Origin: Polyangiaceae bacterium
Lineage (GTDB): Bacteria > Myxococcota_A > Polyangia > Polyangiales > Polyangiaceae
Reading direction: 5' to 3'
DNA: 64,000 bases
Assembly (NCBI GenBank): GCA_044376115.1
Contig: JBILLK010000019.1
Coordinates: forward strand, 64,001-128,000
Shown: one piece after another, positions 55,781 through 64,000 of the stretch
Numbering within the stretch: the stretch's first letter is position 1
Layout: every line of letters starts with the position of its first letter
Program-made: the position numbers and the translations under genes
Notes under the pieces: generated by a model
Told to the model about the DNA's origin: nothing
What the model saw: the letters and a program-made list of their open reading frames with translations, nothing else
Databases searched by the model: none

Positions 55781-58003
55781 TCAGCGGCGCGTGAAGCCCC
55801 CGCGCAGAAGGTCTTGTCGGGTGAGCACGTCACTCGAGCCCTCCATCGCCAGCGCAGCTCGAATCAGCACCGACTCGAACTCGGTCTCATTGCCAGGCCA
55901 GTCGTGCTCGAGCAGCCACTCGAGCGCCGAGGCGTCGATACCGATTGGCTTTTTGCGCTCGCGTAGCCCGATGCGGGTGAGGTGGTGGAGCGCGAGGGCG
56001 CGCAGATCCTCGGGCCTCGCGGCCAAGCGCGGCAACGCCACCGTTTGCTCGCCCAGAAAATCGGCGAAGCGCTCCTCCAGCCGATCCTCGGCCATCAGTA
56101 CGTCGACGGTGCGCGGTAGCACCACACAAAGGTTGGTGGCGGGCGGCAGCGCAGCCGAGATGTACGCCTGCACCAGCTTGGGCAGTTGATGCGCGTCGAC
56201 CAGCAACAAGGTTCCGCCTTTGGCGGTGAGCAGCGGAGAAGCCGCAGGGTCACGCCACAAGCCCAGATCGGCCAGAGTGTTGTCGCGCCCGTCGAAGACC
56301 AAGAGCTGGTGACTCCGCCTCTCCGAGGCGAGGTGATAACGCGCAGCGAAGGGTAGGGGATCGGTGCCGTGGGCGTCGAGCAAGGTGAGCGGCGCGCCGC
56401 TCGCTCCCACACGATCGATCGCCTCCAGCGCGAGCCGCATGGTCGGCGAATAAGCGGCGATCGAGGCGCGCGCAGCCAGCGCTCGCACGAACGCTTCGGA
56501 GCGATCGCGCGCACCTTCGAGCTCGATTTGGACGGCGGCCAGCTCTTTGGCCACCGTCTCCTCGTTGGCGCGGTGCGCGGCCTCCCGCGCGACCGAACGC
56601 GCGATCTGCGAGCTGGTCGCGATGTGGCCGCCCAAGAGCTGCGTCAACTCGGCCAGGGCGCGCACCTCGGACAGCGCCAGTGGGTCCAGTCGGTCGCCGA
56701 GCGGAAGCCCCAACATGCCGACAGCCGTGTCGCCTTCGAAGGCCAGCGCGATCGCGCGCAGCTTGCGGTCGCTCATCCAGGCCGCGACTGCGCGCGTCTC
56801 CGGCCTGCGCACCGCTACCGCCTCGAGCGCCTCGACCGTCAACACCGCCTCCGTTTCTTCTTTGGCGATGTCGGTGATCGAGCTCGGGATGGCCGCACTT
56901 TCGGTGCGCACATAACCGGCGAGATCCACCAGCGTGACGGAGGGCGGATCGAAGCGGAAGATGCACGGAGACTCGAGCCTGCGGTGCGAGAGCGACGACA
57001 GCTCGACCAAGGCTCCAGCGAGCGCGGTGTCGGGCTCGGTTTGGCTCGCTGCTCGGCGCGCGATCGCGAAGGGCTCCATCCACGGCTCGCTGTGCGGAAA
57101 TACGCGGTCGCGCAGCGCCGGTGCGAGGCGAGCAGCGAGGGCTGCCGCGAGCGCGCTTGCGGCCACACACAACGCAGCGAAGCTCGGCTGTTGTTTGGCG
57201 AAATAGGCGAGCCCCACCGTGGGCAAGATGCCCGTCGTCGCGAAGGTGGTCACGGTCAGCGCGCCGCGCCCGAGCGTGTCCGCCTCTTTCGCCGTCGAGG
57301 TATGGCAGGCGAAGAGCGAAACCAAGACCGACGTCAGCAAGAAGACGTACACCGGGTTCCAAAGCCGCAAGAGCCCGAGCGCCACCGCCACGCCGAACAA
57401 CGTCATGCCCAAGAGCGAGAGCGCGCGCAGGCGCTCGCGCGCACCGAGCTCGGCGCGACGGCGGCCATATTCGAGGAGCGAGAGCGCGATGGTCAGGCCG
57501 GTCATGCCCAGCCCTGCCGCCGAAGCGAGGTTCTCCGAGAGCAGCCGCATCTCTTCGCGGGACAAGCCCGCGAACGGTTCACTCAGGCGCGAGTAGAGCG
57601 CGGCCGCGAACGCCAGCAACACAAGCCCGTGAGCGAGCGGGTAGTTCCGCCGTTCGTGAAGGCGCGAGACCATGCCGGGCGCAGCGGGTGCGAGGCTCAC
57701 CGACCGAAAGCCCATCACGCCGGTGAGCGCCGCTGAACAAAGCGCGAACACGAACCCCACCCGCCATTCGATGAAGATCAGGCTGAGCACGAACAGCGCC
57801 GCGCTCACGGCTCCCACCCGCAACGCGACCCGCAAGGAGGGATGGTCCTCGCGTAGATGTCGCGTCGCCCATTCGCTGAGGCCGATCGCGAGCGCGAGTG
57901 GAACCAGGGCCCCGTACGCCCACGGCGGCGCTTCGACGCCGGTGATCAGCGTAAAGACCACGTAGGTCGACAGCAGCAGGCTCAACGCCGTCGTGCGATC
58001 CAC
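55781..58003 (-). CDS. Polytopic membrane protein with a degenerate sigma54-activator AAA+ domain
   Basis: About 10 hydrophobic segments; SPTMR, GGTLLL, LPRLAARPEDL, HDWPGN, but no intact Walker A/B, GAFTGA or HTH. Confidence 0.75.
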   Translation of the reverse strand: MDRTTALSLLLSTYVVFTLITGVEAPPWAYGALVPLALAIGLSEWATRHLREDHPSLRVALRVGAVSAALFVLSLIFIEWRVGFVFALCSAALTGVMGFRSVSLAPAAPGMVSRLHERRNYPLAHGLVLLAFAAALYSRLSEPFAGLSREEMRLLSENLASAAGLGMTGLTIALSLLEYGRRRAELGARERLRALSLLGMTLFGVAVALGLLRLWNPVYVFLLTSVLVSLFACHTSTAKEADTLGRGALTVTTFATTGILPTVGLAYFAKQQPSFAALCVAASALAAALAARLAPALRDRVFPHSEPWMEPFAIARRAASQTEPDTALAGALVELSSLSHRRLESPCIFRFDPPSVTLVDLAGYVRTESAAIPSSITDIAKEETEAVLTVEALEAVAVRRPETRAVAAWMSDRKLRAIALAFEGDTAVGMLGLPLGDRLDPLALSEVRALAELTQLLGGHIATSSQIARSVAREAAHRANEETVAKELAAVQIELEGARDRSEAFVRALAARASIAAYSPTMRLALEAIDRVGASGAPLTLLDAHGTDPLPFAARYHLASERRSHQLLVFDGRDNTLADLGLWRDPAASPLLTAKGGTLLLVDAHQLPKLVQAYISAALPPATNLCVVLPRTVDVLMAEDRLEERFADFLGEQTVALPRLAARPEDLRALALHHLTRIGLRERKKPIGIDASALEWLLEHDWPGNETEFESVLIRAALAMEGSSDVLTRQDLLRGGFTRR

Positions 58004-58113
58004 GGGCGGAACCTTGCATGGCGTGGGCCGCGCGCCAAACGCGAGATCGGCGTGAAACGCCGCAAAGCCGCCGGTCATTTGGCCTAACGGCTCAAGCTTC
58101 GCTTGAATGGCAC

Positions 58114-58509
58114 ATGTCCATTCCGTTCTGGTGCTTGTTTGTCGCGGTCAACTTTCCCTACGTCTGGGGAGGTGTCTCGGTGAACCTCCGCAAGAAGGAG
58201 TTCGGCAGCATCGACAACCACGAGCCGCGCGCCCAGGCCGCCAAAGCTACCGGCGCCGCAGCCCGAGCCTACGCCGCGCATTTAAACGCATGGGAGGCTC
58301 TGGCGGTGTTTGCGCCAGCGGTGATCGTCGCCCATCTCGGCGCGCCTAACTCAACGGTCGCGCCGATACTGGCTCTGGTCTGGGTTGCCGCTCGTTTGCT
58401 GCACGGCGTGCTCTACATCGCCAACATCGCTGCAGCGCGCTCGGCCGTATTCGGCGTCGCGCTGCTCGCGGCGATGGCGCTCTTCTTCGTCGGTGCCGGG
58501 ATCCTCTAG
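58114..58509 (+). CDS. MAPEG family protein
   Basis: DNHEPR...RAYAAHLNAWEALAVFAPAV...ARLLH..LY. Confidence 0.9.
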   Translation: MSIPFWCLFVAVNFPYVWGGVSVNLRKKEFGSIDNHEPRAQAAKATGAAARAYAAHLNAWEALAVFAPAVIVAHLGAPNSTVAPILALVWVAARLLHGVLYIANIAAARSAVFGVALLAAMALFFVGAGIL

Positions 58510-58510
58510 C

Positions 58511-59305
58511 TCACTTGATCGCGAGCGAGCTGCACATCTTCTCGAGCCACGGCAGGAACTTGTCCTTGTTCTTGACGTACTCTTCGCCGAAGGCGTTCGC
58601 TCGGCAGGAGACCACGGTCTCGCCAGACTTCACCAGCACCTCGGCCTTGATCATGCCTTCGCTCTCGGTCGACAGGACGTAGCCCTTGTCGGTCTTCTCC
58701 TGCTTGATCACCTTCTCTTTGAGCTCGCCGGCTTGCTTCACGGCCTTGTCCAGATCCACGTCAAAGCCAGGCGAGATCGTAACGGAGGGCCCTCCAAATA
58801 GATCCTCGCCTTTGAGCTCGTAGCTCTTCATGCTCTCCGAGGCGAGCTTGGTATCTTCGGCGAAGCCCTCGCCCAGCGAGATCGAGTAGTTCAGCGTCTT
58901 GTCGTCGTAGGTCTTGAGCTTGCCGTCGAAGGATTTGGAAGGAGCATCGGCAAGCTTCAGCAGTTTGGCGGCCTTCTCCTCTTTCTCCTTGGCAGACTTC
59001 TTCTCGCTCGCGGCCTTGAGCTTCTCATCGCCGAGCACGCAGCCAAGCACGCAGCCCATCACCGCATCTTCGGTGTCTTTCTCAGTGCAGCCAACCACGC
59101 ACTTGTAGGCCTCGGGGCTGACCTCTTTCATCTCGGTCAGCTCTTTGACGCACTTATCGTGCTCCTCTTTGCCGGGCGTCTTCTTGTCTTTCTTGTCGCT
59201 CTTGGCCTCGAGCTCCTCGAACTTGGTGCAAACCGCGTCAGGGCTCTTGCCACAGGCGGCGGTGGAGAGAGCGAGCAAAGCAACCACAGCGAAATTACGG
59301 AGCAT
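58511..59305 (-). CDS. Lys-rich lipoprotein, unknown function
   Basis: Lipobox TAAC; Cys-helical N-terminal domain; C-terminal MCSSL. Confidence 0.75.
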   Translation of the reverse strand: MLRNFAVVALLALSTAACGKSPDAVCTKFEELEAKSDKKDKKTPGKEEHDKCVKELTEMKEVSPEAYKCVVGCTEKDTEDAVMGCVLGCVLGDEKLKAASEKKSAKEKEEKAAKLLKLADAPSKSFDGKLKTYDDKTLNYSISLGEGFAEDTKLASESMKSYELKGEDLFGGPSVTISPGFDVDLDKAVKQAGELKEKVIKQEKTDKGYVLSTESEGMIKAEVLVKSGETVVSCRANAFGEEYVKNKDKFLPWLEKMCSSLAIK

Positions 59306-59388
59306 GGGGATCTTTCTGTGAGGGGGCGTCTTGGGCCCTGCGCGACGGCGTCCTACGCCGCTCCCCCTAACTCCTTCCCCGAGCGCTG

Positions 59389-59823
59389 TCAGCCTTCTTG
59401 CGCTCGACGCTCAGAGGCTGTGTGCTCCTTCAACAGGCAGCGATCTTCCACCACGATGAGGCCTGCGGCGCGGGCCATCGCGGCCGCTTCGGGATGGTGA
59501 ATCCCCTCTTGCAGCCACAGGACTTTGGCCCCGCGGCGCACCGCTGCTTCGGCGATCTCAGGCACTTCTTCGCTACGCCGAAAGACGTTGACGATGTCGA
59601 TCGGGGGCGGCATGTCGCTCAGGCTCTCGACCACCGAGATCGGCAAGTCCCGCTTGTGGATCAGCAGCGGGTTGATGCCGATCACCCGGTAGCCGGCGTT
59701 GGCCATGTAGACCGATACGTAGTAGCTGGCCCGGGCTGGCTTGTCGCTGAAGCCAACCACGGCGATGTGACGCATCGCTAGGGCCTTGGCAATATCGCTC
59801 TCGGTATCGATGCTTTCGCTCAC
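59389..59823 (-). CDS. CoA-binding protein (YccU-like)
   Basis: IAVVGFSDKPARAS, IDIVNVFRRS, LWLQEGI, VVEDRC. Confidence 0.92.
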   Translation of the reverse strand: MSESIDTESDIAKALAMRHIAVVGFSDKPARASYYVSVYMANAGYRVIGINPLLIHKRDLPISVVESLSDMPPPIDIVNVFRRSEEVPEIAEAAVRRGAKVLWLQEGIHHPEAAAMARAAGLIVVEDRCLLKEHTASERRAQEG

Positions 59824-59862
59824 CGGCGGAGCATACGGGCCCCGCCGCGCGAAAGTACATGC

Positions 59863-60540
59863 TCAGCCGGCGCTGCCGACCAACTTCTGCAGGGCAGGGA
59901 GGTCCGCCTCTTCGATCGCGCCAGAGATGATGCAGTGCAGTGCCCCTTCCGGGTTGAGCAGCACATGCGTTGGTAGCTTGCTGAGGTTGGCGATCGAGAG
60001 CGCGTCGAGCGCGCTCTTGCGGTCGTCGTTGGGTGGGAAGTGGAAGCTCTTGCGCACGCCTGTCTGCGGCTGCTCATTGAGGAACTTGAGCGCCAGTCGC
60101 TCGTCGTCATCCACGCTCAAGAAGACCACGCGGAGCTTGTCTTTGAGCTGCGTTTCCCAGCGCTGCAAGAGCGGCATCTCTTGTTTGCACGGCCCGCACC
60201 AACCAGCCCAAAGGTTGAGCCACGTCCACTTGCCCTTGCCCAGCGGGATGGTGCCCTCGAGCGCCTCTTCACCGCTTGCGACCAGGGACATGGCCTTCGG
60301 CAACGCAGGCTTCTCCCCGGCGTTCTTCGGCTTGTTGGCGCAAAAGGCTGGGCGCGGGCGAGGAGCGGAGCTCGGAGCGGCGCTCTTCACCACCGCCACG
60401 GATGCACCGGCCGACTGGGTCAGCGACTCCGAGCGCGACCGCTCCCCGTTAGAGCTTTGGGGAGCGTCTTCACTGCAAGCCGCGCCGGCCAGGAGTCCAA
60501 GCGCAACAACCAGGTGGGTAAGCCGAGACGGTGCAATCAC
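59863..60540 (-). CDS. TlpA/ResA-family thioredoxin lipoprotein
   Basis: LNLWAGWCGPCKQEMP; LPTHVL; lipobox GAAC. Confidence 0.92.
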   Translation of the reverse strand: MIAPSRLTHLVVALGLLAGAACSEDAPQSSNGERSRSESLTQSAGASVAVVKSAAPSSAPRPRPAFCANKPKNAGEKPALPKAMSLVASGEEALEGTIPLGKGKWTWLNLWAGWCGPCKQEMPLLQRWETQLKDKLRVVFLSVDDDERLALKFLNEQPQTGVRKSFHFPPNDDRKSALDALSIANLSKLPTHVLLNPEGALHCIISGAIEEADLPALQKLVGSAG

Positions 60541-60596
60541 AGAACGCCCTTAGCCCTTATTGCTCGCGAGCCGCAAGGTTTCGGACGAGGGGCCTG

Positions 60597-61247
60597 CTAA
60601 AGCGGCGCGCCCGCCCTCAGCTTGAAGCGCGTGGCATCGGTGGGCTCGAAGGCGCCGCTCTCGGTGATGCGATACGCGAAGGTGCCTTCTTCCACCCCTT
60701 GCGGGAAGCTGCTGGAAAACTCGGCCGGAACGATGGGGAAGCTTTGGGGAGACTGGACCATCGCCGTGTTCGCGATGCCGAACAGGTTGCCTTGCTTGAC
60801 CTCGCTCGCATCGACGCTGCCGTCCATGTTCTCGTCGCCGACGACCATCAGATAGGCGACCGCTGCTTGGAAATCACCGGTGCACGGGCAGTCGGCGGGG
60901 ACCTCGCAATCGCGCGTGCAGAAGCGAACCACGTCCGGCGCCGGGCTGAGCGCCGCTGGATCGAAGATGATTTCGCTGTCGGTCACGGCCAGTGGAGCTT
61001 GGTAGGCGATCGTAGGGTCCGCCAAGTTCGCCCCGTCGAGGCGTACCCAGATCACCGCAAAGCGTCCCTCAGCGTCGCCGGTTCGCTCCACGTCCAAGCA
61101 GATTTGCCCTTCGGGACACGTGCTCGCAGCTCCGCCGCCACCTCCGTCGCCTCCCGCTCCGGAGCCGCCACTGCCACCGCTACCTCCCGAGTCACCACAG
61201 CCCAGCGCACAAGCCACGATCCCAAGCCAAAGAAAGCTGCGAGTCAT
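60597..61247 (-). CDS. Lipoprotein, unknown function
   Basis: Lipobox ALGC; Gly linker; EF-hand-like DENMDGSVD. Confidence 0.7.
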   Translation of the reverse strand: MTRSFLWLGIVACALGCGDSGGSGGSGGSGAGGDGGGGGAASTCPEGQICLDVERTGDAEGRFAVIWVRLDGANLADPTIAYQAPLAVTDSEIIFDPAALSPAPDVVRFCTRDCEVPADCPCTGDFQAAVAYLMVVGDENMDGSVDASEVKQGNLFGIANTAMVQSPQSFPIVPAEFSSSFPQGVEEGTFAYRITESGAFEPTDATRFKLRAGAPL

Positions 61248-61284
61248 GCTGCAACTTTAGACCAACCCCGTATCCTGCGCGGGG

Positions 61285-62439
61285 ATGAGAAGCGAACCCT
61301 TGGAGAAATTTCTCCGTGTTCGCCGAGAACGCGTCAGGCGCAAGCTGTCGGGGCCCGACAGACGCCGCTTGATCGCAGGCTCGGTGGTGTTCGCTTTGAT
61401 GTTTGTGCTGGGCTTGGCGCTCAACATCAGCTTCTTTCGCGCGGCCTTCGTGATCGGCGGCGTGAACTCGCTGCAGCAGTCTTTGCTTTGGGGCGCGCTC
61501 CCAGCGTTCGTGATGGTGCTCCTGTATCTGCCGATCCCCAGCGTGCTCGACCGCTTCGATCCGGAGCCGCTTTGGTGTGTGGTGCTGGCCTTCCTATGGG
61601 GGGCCGTGGTCGCGACCGGGGTGAGCGCGGAGTTTCACGCGCTGGCGATGCCGCGCACCCAAGCCGCGAGCGACCCGAGCTTCGTGCTGACGGTGATCGT
61701 CGCGCCGGTGGTCGAGGAGCTGATGAAGGGCTCGGCCGTCGCTGGGTTCTTCTACTTTTTGCGGCGCGAATTCGACGGCGTGGTGGATGGCGTGGTGTAC
61801 GCGATGTTCACCGCGCTCGGCTTCGCCACGGTGGAGAACGTCGGCTTCTATGCGCGCGCAGCCTTGGAGGGCCGGGACATCTTCGCGCAGACCTTCATCG
61901 TGCGCGGCTTGATCGCGCCGTTCGGTCATCCGCTCTACACCTCGATGATCGGCCTCGGCTTCGGCATCGCGCGCGAGTCGACTCGCATGTGGCTGCGCGT
62001 AACGGCGCCCATCGTCGGCACGCTCTTGGCGGTGCTACTGCACGCGCTGTGGAACCTGGTGCCGCGCTTGGGCGCCGACATCTTCGTGGTCTCGCTGATT
62101 TTTTGGCTCGGCTTCGTCGTCGCCTTCAGCTTGATCGTCGCCGCGCTGGTGGTGCGCAAAGGCCGTACGATTCGCCGCTATTTGCGCGATGAAGTCGTGC
62201 TCGGCAACCTGAGTGAAGAGGAGCTAACGCTCGTCACCAGCGCCTTTGGCCGGCTCAAGAGCTACTTCGTCCCGCGCGGGGAAGTGCGCCGCCGCTTCAT
62301 TCGCTCCGCCGCTCGCCTCGCGCTCTCCAAGTGGCACGTCTCGCGCGCCGCCCGCCGCAACAAACGCACCTTCAGCCTCGAGTTCATCGCGCCCCTGCGC
62401 GCCGAACTAAGCGAGCTGCGCGAAAAAATGAACGGCTGA
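61285..62439 (+). CDS. PrsW-family intramembrane glutamic protease
   Basis: DRFDPEP, APVVEELMKG, GFATVEN, GHPLYT, LHALWN. Confidence 0.92.
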   Translation: MRSEPLEKFLRVRRERVRRKLSGPDRRRLIAGSVVFALMFVLGLALNISFFRAAFVIGGVNSLQQSLLWGALPAFVMVLLYLPIPSVLDRFDPEPLWCVVLAFLWGAVVATGVSAEFHALAMPRTQAASDPSFVLTVIVAPVVEELMKGSAVAGFFYFLRREFDGVVDGVVYAMFTALGFATVENVGFYARAALEGRDIFAQTFIVRGLIAPFGHPLYTSMIGLGFGIARESTRMWLRVTAPIVGTLLAVLLHALWNLVPRLGADIFVVSLIFWLGFVVAFSLIVAALVVRKGRTIRRYLRDEVVLGNLSEEELTLVTSAFGRLKSYFVPRGEVRRRFIRSAARLALSKWHVSRAARRNKRTFSLEFIAPLRAELSELREKMNG

Positions 62440-62513
62440 TCTCGCGACCAGCCGTCTCAACGTCTAGCGCCACCGTCACCAGCCAGCGACGACGGCGCCC
62501 GTTCAGCAAACGC

Positions 62514-62933
62514 TCAGAGCAGCTCGTAGCCGCTGAAGAAGTAGCCGAGCTCGCGGGCGGCGGACGCCTCGCTGTCGGAGCCGTGGACGGCGTTCTCGCC
62601 CACGTTGTCGCCGTACAGCTTGCGGATGGTGTTGTCGGCGGCCTTCTTGGGGTCGGTCGCGCCGATCACGTCGCGGTACTTGGCGATCGCGTCTTCACGC
62701 TCGAGCGCGAGCACGAGCACCGGGCCGCGCGACATGAATTGGGTCAGCTCGCCGAAGAAGCCGCGCTCGCGGTGCTCAGCGTAGAAGCCTTCTGCTTGCT
62801 TGAGGGTGAGGTGGATGGGCTTCATCGCGCGAACGACAAAGCCTTCTTCCTGGAAGCGGGCCAGGATGGCTCCAGCCTTGTTCTTCTCGACAGCGTCCGG
62901 CTTGATAATGGAAAGAGTGCGTTGAATAGCCAT
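62514..62933 (-). CDS. ndk: Nucleoside-diphosphate kinase
   Basis: [29 protein letters not shown]. Confidence 0.98.
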   Translation of the reverse strand: MAIQRTLSIIKPDAVEKNKAGAILARFQEEGFVVRAMKPIHLTLKQAEGFYAEHRERGFFGELTQFMSRGPVLVLALEREDAIAKYRDVIGATDPKKAADNTIRKLYGDNVGENAVHGSDSEASAARELGYFFSGYELL

Positions 62934-62997
62934 GTTGCGCCGCCTCATAGGCAGAACTTGGCTCGACGACAAGGTCGCTGCGCGCTAGTTAGCGCAG

Positions 62998-64000
62998 ATG
63001 CAAAAGCGCCTTCTCGAACTCGTGCAGGGCGGCGGCTGAGCCCGCAAGCTCCCCGCTGAGAGCCTGGTCCAGGTTCTACGTCCTCTCGAAAGCCAGCCGC
63101 CTCACCCTTGGGTGAGCTCGATCGCTGGGCCCCAAGACGATGCAGCCATCGTCAGGGCGGAGCTTGGCCCGCGCACGCGTTTGGTGATGACGGTGGACGT
63201 GGTCACGCCGATGGTGGACGACGCGCGCTTGTTCGGGGCGATCGCGGCGGCCAACTCGCTGTCCGACGTTTATGCGATGGGCGGCGTGCCGCAGGTCGCG
63301 CTCAGCTTCGTGGGCTTTCCGACGGGGGAGTTACCGCTTTCAACGCTGAGTGAGGTGCTCGCCGGGATGCAGGAGGTCTGCGCCGAGGCCGGCTGCGCCA
63401 TCGTCGGTGGGCATACCATCATCGACAACGAGCCCAAGGCTGGCCTTTCGGTGACCGGCGTGGTGGAAGAAGAGCGCGTTTGGTCGCACCGCGGCGGCCA
63501 GGCGGGGCAGGCGCTGGTGCTCACCAAAGCGCTGGGCACCGGGGTGGCCGTGGCGGCGATGAAGCGAGGGGACGCGCCCGCGGAGCTGGCGCTGGCTGCT
63601 CAGAAGTCGATGCGCAGGCTCAATCGCGAGGCCTGTGAAGCAGGCCGCAAACGCAGCGTAACGGCCGCTACCGACGTCACCGGCTTCGGCTTGCTCGGTC
63701 ACCTCAAGAACCTTTGTGAGGCCTCCAGCGTGAGCGCCGAGATCAACGTTGGCGCCGTTCCGCTGCTGCCCGGCGCGCTGGCCTTGGCCGAGCTCGGGCA
63801 GGTCCCCGGCGGCAGCAAACGCAATTGGAGCTGGGTTGCGCCGCTCGTGGCGGTGGACGCAGGGGTGACCGAGGCGGAGCAGCTGCTGCTCGCCGATGCG
63901 CAAACCTCGGGCGGCTTGTTGCTGGCGTTGCAAGCCGATGAGGCAGCGGAGCTCGTGACCGAGCTGGTTGCATCCGGGCACGCTGCAGCGCTGATCGGCC
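62998..64000 (+). CDS. selD: Selenide, water dikinase with in-frame Sec (UGA at 63037-63039); runs off the window end
   Basis: MQKRLLELVQGGG-U-ARKL...DDAA...TVD...FGAIAAANSLSDVYAMGG...GGHT...LTKALGTG...TDVTGFGLLGHL...DAQTSGGLL in one frame. Confidence 0.95.
63059..63077 (+). promoter_or_regulatory. Candidate bacterial SECIS hairpin
   Basis: AGAGCCTG-GTC-CAGGTTCT, 8-bp stem with G-starting loop, apical loop about 27 nt 3' of the UGA. Confidence 0.65.

Noticed and set aside
59863..60540. Additional selenoprotein among the redoxins
   Set aside because: TlpA has ordinary WCGPC, and the glutaredoxin has no in-frame UGA

Overview
High-GC, gene-dense chromosomal window. The many Cys/Gly-rich lipoproteins, Hanks-type Ser/Thr kinases, a PP2C, an orphan DUF2169 and an FG-GAP/CARDB protein suggest a myxobacterium (Polyangiaceae-like); this is inferred, not proven. 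Recognisable core genes are tRNA-Gln(CTG), tRNA-Glu(CTC), CIRCE-groES-groEL, rtcB, ndk, and a selD that the ORF track missed because of an in-frame UGA (selenocysteine) followed by a SECIS-like hairpin. The best candidates for undescribed systems are two exported heme-c operons in the first 13 kb. One has two tandem DHOR-type di-heme enzymes with a lectin-like Cys-rich lipoprotein and a beta-propeller lipoprotein. The other has cytochrome-c lipoproteins with a Tat-exported DUF1501-like protein. Other oddities: a 2.6-kb cassette bounded by ~110-bp direct repeats, two tandem kinases whose natural C-termini lie in the -1 frame, a PAS-DHp-REC protein with no ATPase domain, a membrane-bound pseudo sigma54-activator, and a cysteine-free glutaredoxin. 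No CRISPR array, integrase, transposase or rRNA was seen. Family calls come from motif recognition by eye, not database searches.
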